Virus record (IMG/VR): IMGVR_UViG_3300028886_000055 | Location: 64,001-128,000 of that record | Strand: one strand, 5' to 3' | DNA from: a virus | Lineage: Duplodnaviria > Caudoviricetes | DNA length: 64,000 bases | Part shown: one piece after another, positions 25,192 through 36,872 of the stretch | How the letters are laid out: every line of letters begins with the position of its first letter | How positions within the stretch are numbered: position 1 is the first letter of the stretch | Notes under the pieces: model-generated | The model's database searches: none | What the model was told of the DNA's origin: nothing | Seen by the model: the letters and a program-made list of their open reading frames with translations, nothing else | Program-made: the position numbers and the translations under genes

Positions 25192-27740
25192 TCAATCAAT
25201 GTCTGTGTCAACCAATGCCGTCCCATCAAGGTTAACCCACGCAGAGCCATTCCACAATATTTTCTTTCCTAGTGTTTCATCAAAGTACTCCATACCTGCA
25301 TATTTGTTGCAATAAGGTCTGTTATCAGTAGTGCCATGATTCTTTTTTGGGAAATACTTCTTGATAGTGTCAGCATCGTTAACCCAACCATCATAACCGT
25401 ATTTATACCATACAGGAGTGTCACCATCCATCAATATCGCAACATGACCAATCTGTGCAGTGGTTGGCAAAGTTGCTAATACTAACTTTCCTCTAGTTGC
25501 TCCATTTTCACCATATCCACGATAATAATCATAGGCATTGTTACCTGTATATACAAGATATATATTAAGGTCTAAAACATGAATTACCTTATTTTTACTC
25601 AAAAGTGAAGTAATTTTGAATATATCATCATGATATACAACACCATCCACTACATTATTTGATTTCATTAAATATACATTCTCTCCATCTATATTTTCTA
25701 AATATATTCTGGAGCCTGTAGCTGAGCTAGCGTTTGTCGGGTTGGTATATAAAGTATAGCCTGCACTTAGTTTGTCAGGATAGTCATATAAATCAGCGGA
25801 TGTAAAAGTGCCATATGCAGGACTCGTAAATATCAATGGGTAATACTCATCACCAAAATCAAATTTAGTGTTGTTACCTAAATCTGTACGAGAGCCTTGA
25901 ATAGTTGAATTTAGTCTTAATGGTGCTCTTAAAAACGCAAAACTTGGATCTTTATATAGTTTGTCGCCATTAATGTAGCAGTTGCGCCCATCATTAGCAA
26001 TATTTGATTTCGTGCGAGTGTTTCTAATCACCAAATTTTCAGGGAAATCTACCTCCGAATCTAATGATGGATAACTTAATGGATTGTCAGTATAAGCATA
26101 ATCACCATCCACAAAAGTGTTATTCTTGATAATTGTGTAACTTAATTCAGCAATTTGTAGGAAACACCACTTTTTTGAAGTTATATCCGTATCACCAGAT
26201 GCATACAACCCCCAAGCATTATCGGTACTATACCTGCAATGCCATATATGGTTGTTGACAAATGTTAGACTTTGTGGTCTAAAGTTAGATTTACCTCCAA
26301 AAGTGAAACAACAATCAAATATGTTCCCATTAAAAACATTATTGCTAACAATATTTCCACCACTAGAGCCAGCTCTACGAATTATGTATTTCCAAAAGTC
26401 GATAAAGTTTCCTGACACAATTGTACTGCCAATAGCACCAGAGAATAATGATTTATCCTTAGTTATTGCACCACCTGCACTTGTACATACAGCATTTATA
26501 TAGTTATCTCTGACAAATGAATCTACACTGCAATAAATATTGCCTGCATTTGCAGCCTCAGAGTCAAATTCATCTTCCTTGAAAGCGGAAATTAACGAAT
26601 AACCTAGACTGACTATATGACATTTGCTGATTTCAGTACAATCTTTAATAGCTCCTCTAATAAAAATGCCAGCACGATAAACTCTGATATTACTAATCTT
26701 TGTTGCATTAAATGTGACATTTTCAAAAATTGTACCCATGTAATTAGTTGCATCACCTCCAGTCCTTTCACGAACAAATGCTATATCCCTAATATATCCA
26801 TTTACAGTTGCCCCTTGAAAATCAAAGCAAATAGGATAATTTCTGCCATCTTGCTTGTACATAGATATAATAGAATATCGCCCAGTTCCAATAATCTTGA
26901 CAAATGTTGGAGTCCAAACTATGGGACTTTTGACAACCCAGTAACCCTTAGGAATATAAAGAGCCATCTTACTTGCTTCAACAAGTTTCAGTGCAGCAGA
27001 AGCATACAGTGCAAAATCTTGAGCAGCAGCATAACTCTCATTAGTATTCTCAGCAGCAATTGCACCGAACCATCATGGGTCTACATCATCACACCTAAAC
27101 GTGCCACTAAAATCAACATCCAACCCAAAGCGTATATCTCCGCTCAATGTTGTTGCAGCACCAACAAGTGTACCATTTTGAATTGACCCACCCTCAAATT
27201 TCAGTTTCACGCCGCTAGGAACAGTAATACTAGCACCATTAAGGTCATAATCATATTGAACAACATAGATAGTGTTAGTATCTTGCAGCATCGCCTAAGT
27301 CAATACATTCTTATTATTTACTACGTTCTTCTGCAAGTACTTCCTGCCCAGCCCGCTGAAATTAGAAGGATTGTAAACTTTATTAGGTAATTCTTCTTCT
27401 AATATAATAAGGTTACCTCCTTCTAAAAAGCGATTGATTATTGATAGTCTTTAAATTATCAAAAAGCTAGATTCATTTCAGGATTTGTTACATAATCTGT
27501 ATACTGGGTTTCATCTACATTTCCAAGATATTCCCAATTGTTATTTTTCCAAGTATACTGTTCATAAGTACCAGGATTTACTGTACTAGGTACTAAATAT
27601 AAATAGTTCTCCTAACCTTCAGTTGGAAGAGTATCTACTACAACTTTTTGGGATATACTATTTAGTATCTCTTGTATTTCCTCTTTAGTATAAAAACATT
27701 TCGGTCTATTTTTATACTCTTTTAATTCCTCTAAGGTCAT
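25192..27740 (-). CDS. tail spike / beta-helix depolymerase, interrupted as sequenced (two +1 frameshifts, one TGA)
   Basis: SGLGRKYLQKN...YVVQYDYDLNG, P*WFGA, LYIPKG, parallel beta-helix repeats, YFDETLGKKILWNGSAWV. Confidence 0.7.
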
Positions 27741-28180
27741 TCAAAGTCAAAAGCTATAGTTACTTTTCTATTATCTATTTCTTCATTTACAGAATCCCAA
27801 ACAAGCTCTAAAGCGTTACTGTACATACTTGGTGCATCCTTTTGCATACTGTTTGCAATGAAGATTCTAATTGTACCGTCTGCAAACACTGTCAACATTC
27901 CGTTACCGCCAGAACTTGCTTTTAATTTTGTTAAATATTCCCAATTATAAGGGAAAAATTTGTTACCATCTTTATCAAAAAATTCTATTTCCAGAGAACG
28001 AGTAGATGTGGCACCAGCAGCAACAACAAAAGTGTTTTTGCCATCATTGATGTCTACTGTTTCTTCATTGTAAATAGTTGTGTTTTTGTAATTCTTGTAA
28101 TGAATTTTATAAGTTGCACAAATAGATTTGAACTCAATCTTTTTTGTTTTAGTATTTATTAAATCGTATTCTAGTTTCAT
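27737..28180 (-). CDS. hypothetical protein
   Basis: ORF track. Confidence 0.65.
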   Translation of the reverse strand: MKLEYDLINTKTKKIEFKSICATYKIHYKNYKNTTIYNEETVDINDGKNTFVVAAGATSTRSLEIEFFDKDGNKFFPYNWEYLTKLKASSGGNGMLTVFADGTIRIFIANSMQKDAPSMYSNALELVWDSVNEEIDNRKVTIAFDFE

Positions 28181-28920
28181 TGATGTATATAATTTGGAAG
28201 TTCTGGTTGTATTATCTAATATTCGTTTTCAGGATTAAACACCAAAGGTAAAAACGGAGAGTTTTTAGAATATCCTAAACTTGTAAGATCTTCTGATTCT
28301 ATATTATTATTTGCATAATAAGGTATAAACCAACAATATTCACCATCTTCTATACTACCATGTATCATTGGAAACATTTTGTTATAGATTAAACATTCTT
28401 TAATATGCTATTTAAAATAGTTAATAAATTCTTCCGATTCGTAACTATCAAAATCAGGCTATTGGTATTCAGTGTGTTCTGGAGTAAATAATATTCGATC
28501 ATGCACAAATAAACGACTATCTCCTGTTTCATTATCTGTTTCTACACCTGCTGTAAACTTTCCTATATACTCATCTCCAAAATCAAGATGTACTGTATAA
28601 GAATGTGCTTCCGAATTTAATTCAATTTTGTTAATAGGTACTATTAGTTGGAAACCAAACCCACCTCCACAAAAAACAAATCCAAACGGATAATCGTTTA
28701 CATTATAAGATTTATTATACTCTGAGAAAACACGTTCTATTGTATCACCACCTGTAGGCTACTCTTTAGCATAAGGATATGCCACAAAACTTCTAACTTT
28801 AGTTGGAGTTGCAACAGGACGACCTACTAAATCTGAAAAGTAACCATCTAATATAGTAGCTGCTTCTTCCTTTTTATTAGAATTAGTAATTATGTTAATT
28901 AAATTATAATCAAGTTTCAT
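28177..28920 (-). CDS. hypothetical protein (recoded)
   Basis: 248 codons; N-terminus MKLDYNLIN resembles MKLEYDLIN of the next gene. Confidence 0.65.
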
Positions 28921-29408
28921 TGTGTATTATTTTCTAATTTTTAGATGTCATATCTTCTAAATGCTTTTTCTTAGGAGTTAATAAAATTCCATCTTCCTAG
29001 GCATCAGATTCGACTATACAGTCTATAATCTTTAACATTGTATCAAGTTGGTACCTCGGAAACTCCTGATGGAGATTCTTTAGTGTTGCTATTTTGTCTA
29101 ACATTTTCATTCAATTTATTTGTTAACTCTTTTATCTAAGAATTTAAGTTATCTATCTGCTATAAGGCATTATTATATTGATTTTGTAAATAATCAATTT
29201 TCTCCTACGCCTAATTCAAAGAAAGCTCTAGTTGACTTTCAATATCAGATAGAGCCATCCGCACTTTACGTAATTCTATTATCATAAGTTCATTTTCGCT
29301 TGAAATCCTTCTTGATATTCTAAAGGATCCTATATCGTAGTACAATAGACTGGCCCAGGTTTAATACTTTCGTAGGTATGTACTACGGATATTGTAGAAA
29401 GCTTTTCA

Positions 29409-29636
29409 TTAATTTGTTTCAATTGCTCCAATATTTCTTGCAGTATATTCATTTTCATCCATCATTGTTATACAAGTATTTAAATCTTCATCTGCTATTT
29501 TTCTTTGTACTAATTCTAAAGTTTCATTAATTCGAGTTTGAAATAACTCTAGAATCATTAACATATCTTCCCAAGTTAAATCAGAAATATCTGATAAAAC
29601 ATCATATTTCATACAAGTTATAAACTGATTTTTCAT
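29409..29636 (-). CDS. hypothetical protein
   Basis: ORF track. Confidence 0.55.
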   Translation of the reverse strand: MKNQFITCMKYDVLSDISDLTWEDMLMILELFQTRINETLELVQRKIADEDLNTCITMMDENEYTARNIGAIETN

Positions 29637-29762
29637 CCTCTTACCGATATTTCATTAAGTGTATCAAGCCACGATAGGACTTCTTGTTCATCTTGTAATT
29701 CGTTTTCTTCAACTATATCCCATACTTTATTTGCGAGATATATAACAGTATCCATCAAGATT

Positions 29763-30068
29763 TTAGTCTACTTGTTCATAACCATTCATTTTCAGATTAT
29801 TATAGATTGATGTTATACTCCACCCAGTTTGTCTATTTATATAATGGTGAAGTACAACTTTATCTTCATCATAATTAACCTCAGAAGCTTTTCCATTCAT
29901 TTCTTTACATAACTCTTGTAAAGTTGCATTAGGCATTTCTTTTATTATCTTGAAATCTCCAGAAGTTTTCTTTGCTTTCTTCTGGAGATTCATACAGTAA
30001 TTAAATTTACCATTTAATTCATAAATCCCAGGACAAGCTGGAATATCATTAACATTATCCATAAACAT
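29763..30068 (-). CDS. hypothetical protein
   Basis: ORF track. Confidence 0.55.
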   Translation of the reverse strand: MFMDNVNDIPACPGIYELNGKFNYCMNLQKKAKKTSGDFKIIKEMPNATLQELCKEMNGKASEVNYDEDKVVLHHYINRQTGWSITSIYNNLKMNGYEQVD

Positions 30069-30078
30069 ATAAAATTAG

Positions 30079-30152
30079 TCGGGGATCTCGGACTCGAACC
30101 GAGACCTTGGGTTTTAGAGACCCTTGCGCTAACCTAATTACGCTAATCCCCA
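30079..30152 (-). tRNA. amber suppressor tRNA(CUA), probably Gln-charged
   Basis: TGGGGAT acceptor, loop CT-CTA-AA, TTCGAGT T-loop; weak U1 pair typical of tRNA-Gln. Confidence 0.92.
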
Positions 30153-30185
30153 ATTTAAGCCTGTTATTTCAAGGCTTATTATCTA

Positions 30186-30542
30186 TTACTCACCAATTGT
30201 CATTCTTAACAATTTCATAAGTGATCTTTCATCTAGCTCATTTAATACTTTCATTATTTCTTCAAGCTTCTCCATATCGGGACGCTGAGAAAGATAATCC
30301 TCCAATGTATGAATAGCTTCTTCAAGAAGTTCTCTATCTTCTAGAATGGCATCATTACTCATGGTTGAAATTTTTGCAAATACAGGATGTTCTTTATATA
30401 AATCAAGTATTTCATCATCTTCTACCAAGTCTAAAAGACCTGATGCGTACTCATACATTGCAACTGCAATGTTATGATTGTACTTTTTCTGTAGTTCTAT
30501 TATTTCATTTCTCATATAACAAATATAATACATTTTTTGCAA
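30186..30542 (-). CDS. hypothetical protein
   Basis: ORF track. Confidence 0.6.
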   Translation of the reverse strand: MQKMYYICYMRNEIIELQKKYNHNIAVAMYEYASGLLDLVEDDEILDLYKEHPVFAKISTMSNDAILEDRELLEEAIHTLEDYLSQRPDMEKLEEIMKVLNELDERSLMKLLRMTIGE

Positions 30543-30583
30543 TAAAACAACAAATATTGCAAATTTAACGTTTGTTAACTGTA

Positions 30584-31162
30584 TTACAATAATTTGGTTT
30601 TAACGTGAAGCCAAGATAGATTCCATTCGGCAATTGAAGGAAATCCAGATGCATTAGACCAATCTAAAACCTCTTGTTGTCCTTTAAATAAACCATCTTT
30701 CACAGTATTGAAATCAGTTAAGGTATGAAACTACGCATTTTCACTACTATCTGAATCTTCGGTAAGAGTACAACTATCATAAAAATAAATCTAATTTTCT
30801 GATGGAGTTAAATCCTTAATACCTTCAATATAATTAGATTGTGAGCTATTCATTCTATATTCTCCCGTAGTAAAATCAAATTCAGGATAATTTGCAGAAC
30901 TTGTAGAGGAATCTGAACTTGTGTGAGTATTTATATAATTAGATAACGGTAATTCTAAAGTATATGTTTCATTGTCGTCATTTAAAGTACCATTTATCTT
31001 TATATCATATATCTTCATATCATGTTTGCTTGGATTTAATTCGTTAATAGTAACCCAAACGAATTTATCTTTTTTAGTATCAGATGTATAAAAATAAGTT
31101 AATGGGTAATCTGAATTTATAATGTCATAAGTTAATATTTTATTTTTATCGGCTAGTTTCAT
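30584..31162 (-). CDS. hypothetical protein (recoded)
   Basis: ORF 30791..31162 extends through TAGs to TAA at 30584. Confidence 0.6.
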
Positions 31163-31201
31163 AAAAATTTAATTATAAAGTTAATTGTTATTGAATCTTA
31201 T

Positions 31202-33380
31202 TTAATGATTTCCTTTGAACTAAAATTTTCTAGGAATTAATCTTCCACCTTTTCGATTAGATTGAATTAATCCGTAGCTCCCTATTATTGGAACTGATAT
31301 ACTTAATACTGAATTAATATATTTTTTAACCGATTCTGGTGTATAATATCTTTCTAACTATTCCTAATTTAATGTTTTATAAGTTGGTTTTAAATTCTAC
31401 ATTAACTATGAAGTGTATCCTCTAGCGTATAATTCCTGTTCATCTGTAGCATACTTAAAATGTCTATATTGTTCTAATAAATCATTAATTTCACTTGGAG
31501 AGTAATTATTCCATTTTAAATAATGTTTTAATACGTTTTCAGAATCAAAATCACTAAATAATTTTCCTTTTTCATTTAGTTCTAATGTTGTATCAGCTAT
31601 TGTTTTATTTTTTCTTGTAAACTATTTCATTCTAGGAAACCATTTTCCAAATTTCGTTGATACAACATCGTTTGGATTCTATCTAATAGATAATGTTTTT
31701 CCATGTCCTCCAATTTCATGAATAATAGTTTCTAAAGCCTACTCCACATTTGCAATTCTATCTTTATTTAAGGATAGTTTTTGTCTTGCTTCAGCATTTG
31801 TTCCTTCACCAATAACTTTACCAGAACTAGATCCTATATCTGTAAAACCGCTTTGTAAATCTCTAATATTAACATCAGCTTGAGTTCCTAAGATACGCAT
31901 TAATTCATCCTAAAATTCATCATATTCTTTATCTCCCCAATGCATTTCAGATTTAACTTGTTCAATTTTTTGAGGATTAGTAAAATAATCTTTTAAAACA
32001 TCTATTTGAGAATCATAAGCCATTTGAGATAATTCGTTATCTGTTCCAGGAAATGGAGTTGGAGTTATTTCTTTTCCAAACGAATCTTTTAAATAAGCTT
32101 CTCCCTATGAATGAGAATTAAGAGGTTTCTCACCTTTTATAAAACTATTTCCAGTAAACGTTTGTAAATTGCCATCTTTATCCGTATAGATTAATGTACC
32201 TGTAGTATTTCCACGTTGGAATCTAGGATCTCTAGATAAATGAGTTAATGCTGCTACTGTACCTCTAGTTGCAGGATAATCAGCACTAGATTCTGGGAAT
32301 AATATTTCAGCACCTTCAGGAAGTTCATTATATACTGATTCAAATAATGCAGTTTTTTCTTGAGGGTTTAGATTAGCTGGAATGTGATCACCATCCCAAG
32401 TTCGGATATGTAATTCATATTGCTTATTTCCATGAGGTACTAATACAATTTCTCTAGGTTTTTCTTGAGTATGTGAAGGTAAACGTAAACGTATTTTATC
32501 TCCTGATACTTTAGTTATTTGATATGGATTATCAAATTTATGTAAAATGGATGGTGTATATAAAGACTGTTTGTCTACAGATTCATTTACAGCTTTAGCT
32601 AAATCTTTAGTAGTTGGATTAATTGGAATTCCTTTAAATGTATTATCTAAAGCTAGTTGATCTAAAGCTTCCTTAGTTAAAGTACGTCCTGCGTTTGCTA
32701 CTTGTTTGCCAACAAGATCTCCAGTAACATAAAAAGGTAAATCTCCAACCATCTAAATTCCAAAATCTCCCCATTGACTCTATGGAATACCTAAATAATG
32801 GGCAGCATTAACTGCATGTTCTCCTAGAGTTTTACCTGTTCCATACTTCATAGCTTGATTTAATGCTTCACCAAACGCAGTAGTTCCTATAATGTTACCA
32901 CCTAACGTTCCTGGTGCTAAGAAAGGAGCTAACGTTGCTCCTCCGATACCCGCTAATGTTGCAGCTACAGGAGCGACAACAAACGTTCCAGCTCCAGGAG
33001 TTAATTGATTTGCTTTTCTATCAGCAGCTCGTAATCTCATCTATTGTCCTATTTTGTCATTAGCATCATATTGCTAAGTAAAATAGTTATTTAAATTTTT
33101 GGTAAATGGAGATAGGTTCTATTGATCATAAAAATAATCATAAGCGGTAGTTAAACCCTTATTTTTAAGAAAGTTATTAACGATATTAGATGGAAGTAAA
33201 TACCCATCTTCTCCTGCTAAATAGTACTCTTCTCCCTATTTCTAAGCAGTACCTAATAGCCTATCGTCTGGTTTTATATCCGAGCGTGGTATATAATGCC
33301 AACCAGTTCCTTCAAAAATCTTTATCTGTATATCTTTTATTTAAAGCTCCTGCTGGAGACTAATATTTTTTAATTCTCAT
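31202..33380 (-). CDS. MRIKKYQ-leader protein with peptidase-like C-terminal domain (recoded; +1 frameshift near 33314)
   Basis: frame 33313->31202 contains ORFs 32780..33040 and 32105..32752; HEIGGH and EQELYAR motifs; C-terminal KGGRLIPRK. Confidence 0.7.
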
Positions 33381-33715
33381 ATTATTTTAAGCTTAAAATT
33401 TTTACATTTCCTATATTAATATATTATTATATAAATTTATATATATTATAGTATATAAACTACTGAATATAAAAGTATTGAAATATATAAAGCTGAGATA
33501 TAGTTAAAGTCTAAAAAATACCCCCGTAGGTAAATATATAAAAATTGAAGTTCTGAAAATAGACCCCCCCGGGGGTATTGATAGGAAAGCGATTTGCTAG
33601 ATAATTGAAATTTTGGATATGTTGGGAGAGGGAGAGGAGTATCCCCTTTTACACCTCCTACCACTTTTTGATAGAAAGTAAATAATTTTATTAACAATTT
33701 TAAAATTTTACAACA
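33381..33715. promoter_or_regulatory. divergent strand-switch region (promoters / possible origin)
   Basis: coding strand flips here; AT-rich tract and a CCCCCCC-GGGGG palindrome at about 33563. Confidence 0.5.
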
Positions 33716-34153
33716 ATGAAAAAATTTAGTGATTACAGTACCGAGCGTGCTAGCAACTTGTCTGGAACTTCTTATGTGGAAGTGAGCGACACAGTGACTA
33801 TTGGTCAACTTGCTTTAGTGGGGACTACAATCCTCAAAAGTGGGAAAATTGCAATGTACGCTCTCGTTGGCAAGGACTCTAGTGGCAATGATGCTGTCGC
33901 AAAACAGCAAAACTCGAAAGGGGATAACATCAATCCCACGCCTCGAGCACTAGCAACCGTCAGTGAGAATGGCGACTTGTTGCGTGTGAGTTATCTTCGC
34001 TTGTTGGCAAACGCTGCAAAGGTTAAGATTACTTTCAGCGCTGACAAGAAGTCGTACACGCTCGCCAAACCGATTGTTATCGACGAATTGCCCGTTTGGG
34101 ATAGAGAAGCGGGCAAGTACACTGGCAAGTGTAACGCTACCGCTATCGACTAA
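33716..34153 (+). CDS. early hypothetical protein
   Basis: ORF track; higher GC; followed by a terminator. Confidence 0.75.
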   Translation: MKKFSDYSTERASNLSGTSYVEVSDTVTIGQLALVGTTILKSGKIAMYALVGKDSSGNDAVAKQQNSKGDNINPTPRALATVSENGDLLRVSYLRLLANAAKVKITFSADKKSYTLAKPIVIDELPVWDREAGKYTGKCNATAID

Positions 34154-34184
34154 AAAAATTGGGGGTTTCCCCCAATTTTTTTTT
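34153..34184 (+). terminator. intrinsic terminator
   Basis: AATTGGGGG-TTT-CCCCCAATT plus T-run. Confidence 0.8.
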
Positions 34185-34219
34185 GTTCGCTCGCTCGTTC
34201 TTAAATCGGTAAAAAGGTT

Positions 34220-34417
34220 ATGTCCAATAATCTAATTACCGTAAAGATTACTCCTATCAGGAGTAACGTGTACAAAGTTGAGGGAATTGAGAATGAATTT
34301 TATGATATAAATTTGTTCTCAGACGGGATGATCGGTAAGAAATTCTACGCTCTTATCCGTCCCAGATCTCCACTTGATGTTATCTATCGTCTTGTAAAAT
34401 GTGAACAAGACAATTGA
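34220..34417 (+). CDS. hypothetical protein
   Basis: ORF track. Confidence 0.55.
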   Translation: MSNNLITVKITPIRSNVYKVEGIENEFYDINLFSDGMIGKKFYALIRPRSPLDVIYRLVKCEQDN

Positions 34418-34754
34418 ATAGCCCTGACAACTAACCTACATTTTTCAAATTTTCGAGGGTTAGTTATGAATAAGAGAAAATTTTGTTTCCAAAGTCGGTA
34501 CAGGGACTAAGGAGTAAAAACAGAAAGAAGTCCCAAGTGGATGAGCACTCTGTACGCTGTACGAACAATTAAAGATGTAGCACTGAAGTGAGTAAGTGTG
34601 ATGAATTTGTATCGGTAAAACTATGGCAACATAGTAGATGTTATCCTTGCAGCAAGGACGTGATAAGGATAGAGAAGATCACTTATGCTCCAACTCTCTA
34701 TCTACGTGATATGGAACATTGCTTCTACGAGAGCATCGTGTTAAGGAAGCTTTT

Positions 34755-34831
34755 GGTCCTATAGCTCAGTTGGTTAGAGCACCTGACTCATAATCAGGGA
34801 GTCCTTGGTTCAAGCCCAAGTAGGACCACCA
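34755..34831 (+). tRNA. tRNA(CAU), probably Ile2 (else elongator Met)
   Basis: canonical cloverleaf, CT-CAT-AA, encoded CCA. Confidence 0.9.
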
Positions 34832-35731
34832 CGTTATCTAATACAAGATGCTCGTAATACCATATTCCCAGGGGGAAGTGAGGTAACAAAGTTACGTGAG
34901 TATTTAGATAACTAACAGCGTATCTAGCGAGTGAGAAGGCTATGTATAGAGGCTTTTTGGTGATGCTAAACCATTTTTTTTACTAACTTTATAAGCCTGT
35001 AGGTGTATTGGTTAACCTTCATTTTATGTATTTTTAATTAAAGGTTGGCCTCAACCTTGGCGGGAATTCAGATTCACTATATGGTGAATCTCCTTGCCTA
35101 AATTAAGTGGCATTTGTAAGATTGCAACAACGGCATCGGTTGTTGGGAACTAAGCAAAGAGCGGATGTAGAATGTTAGTGGATAGACCTCACTAAAAGTG
35201 ACTTAAACAACAATATCATTTGATATTGGAGGGAGAAAAGTATCTAGTTTTCCTGGGTTTCTAAATGGAAAGGATACTCCCTTGTTTAAGTTGCCGTACG
35301 CATTTGTCAGTAGCGTGTTTTTTGAATAACTGTCATTTAAAAATTATGTGTATAGTAAGTCGAAACCCAGGTAGTAGAAGGTACTAAGAAGATTCCTAAT
35401 CCTATTAACTTGATAGGTAGTTATGCTGTGTATGATCGCTCAATAACATCGGCGGTCTACTTTGAACTTTGAGTTTGTTGCAGCATCTCAGAGTTCAGCA
35501 TAATTAGTCTGTGATCGCTGCAACGATTGTATGACGAAGCGTTCCCACTAGGTGGAGAGAAGTCTCTGCGTCGCGACTAGTTGGGAAGTTGGACATGAGT
35601 GTTGGAGTCCAACAAGTGAATAAGACACTCCAAAGGGTGTTTGTAAAGAGACCTACAGTTCTGTGAAATACTAGTCAGAACATTTTTCTACATCTGAGCT
35701 TCCTTACATAGATGGAATACTGATGTAGAAA

Positions 35732-35793
35732 TCTTTAATGCAGCCATTCTTTGGAATGAGAGTCACAAGCCTCTATAAATTGCAGAGTGGAGA
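35732..35793 (+). ncRNA. twister ribozyme (type P1)
   Basis: TTTAATGCAGCC[hairpin]GAGAGTCACAAGCCTCT...TGCAGAGTGGAGA matches the twister consensus. Confidence 0.8.
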
Positions 35794-36400
35794 AAGAGAT
35801 AAAAACAGGTCTGGCTACGAAAGGTTCGACTCCTACTAGTGAATATCGTTATGTAAACATCTATAGTACCGTTTGCATAAAATAGCTCAAGGATATCCCT
35901 GGATTCGGAATCTATCTCTTTTCTTTTTAAATAAAATTTTTAATAGTGCTGAAGCAAGAAAACAGTCAGCACGGTTTAAAAAACTCAATAACTTCCCAAG
36001 TCGTTGAGGGCACCAGTTTCTTGGTAATATAGACAGTAAGCAAGTCGGTAGTGAGTTTAAAACGACAACTATTCCCAAACTACCATCACCCGCAGGGAGA
36101 TTGCCGCAGATGGGTTTAAAGCGGAGATACTGTTTACCAAGTTTTAGGTGTAAAACGCAAAAAGGTAGAAGGTACCTGTATGTTCCTAATCCTGTTAGTA
36201 TAAGTTGTATTAGCAGGTATAAGTTCTGAATATCTGACAGAACGGATTTGTGCAGAAATAGTCAAGAACGCACCATAAACATTACTTGACTAACCAACCT
36301 AAAGAAAATTAATTAGGTCGTAGTATTCTACGTTTGGTTGGTTTTGGGAGTTTATAAACCCATGTAAAACCTATTTTTATTAATTTTTAGTTTAACTATC

Positions 36401-36610
36401 ATGACAAAGATCTTTAAAACAAAACAAGGTTCTATTCTCTACTATGATGGAGAAAGAAAGCTTCTTTATGTACAAACAAAAGAGGCTTTGAGTGACATCA
36501 TGGCATCTCTTAATGAAGATGCTAAGAGTATTAATCCTGTCGATAGAATGTGTGCACAAGATATTCTTGCCGACATTGAGAAGTTAGGCATAACGACACA
36601 AGTGTTTTAG
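36401..36610 (+). CDS. hypothetical protein
   Basis: ORF track; ends in TAG. Confidence 0.6.
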   Translation: MTKIFKTKQGSILYYDGERKLLYVQTKEALSDIMASLNEDAKSINPVDRMCAQDILADIEKLGITTQVF

Positions 36611-36872
36611 GAGTGTTCTCCTTGTGCCTATTTATATACTCCGAGATTTTTGACCTTATGTTTTGGTATAAAAACAATAGGTGACACTGGAGAGACAGAA
36701 TTTTCTATAACAAAAAGATTAAGATTATGTCTGAATTTATTATTATTTCACTTATTTGTATTCTTATTTGTCATGTTATTGATAGAATTCACTTATGTCA
36801 CATCGAGGACAAAATTGACGAACTCAAGGAAGAAATCAAAACATTTAAAAATAAAGAAAATTAAGATTAAAT

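Noticed and set aside
27073-27075. TGA recoding suggested by the in-frame TGA in the tail spike
   Set aside because: It is a single case; TGA is used as a true stop in many ATGA overlaps, and no UCA-anticodon tRNA was seen.
2429-27186. Plus-strand ORFs in the left arm (2429, 9502, 10833, 14722, 15257, 16801, 18723, 26252, 26617)
   Set aside because: They are antisense shadows of long recoded minus-strand genes and show no recognisable motifs.
35805-35840. tRNA/tmRNA suggested by GGTTCGACTCC
   Set aside because: Only an isolated T-arm-like hairpin is present, with no acceptor or anticodon arm.
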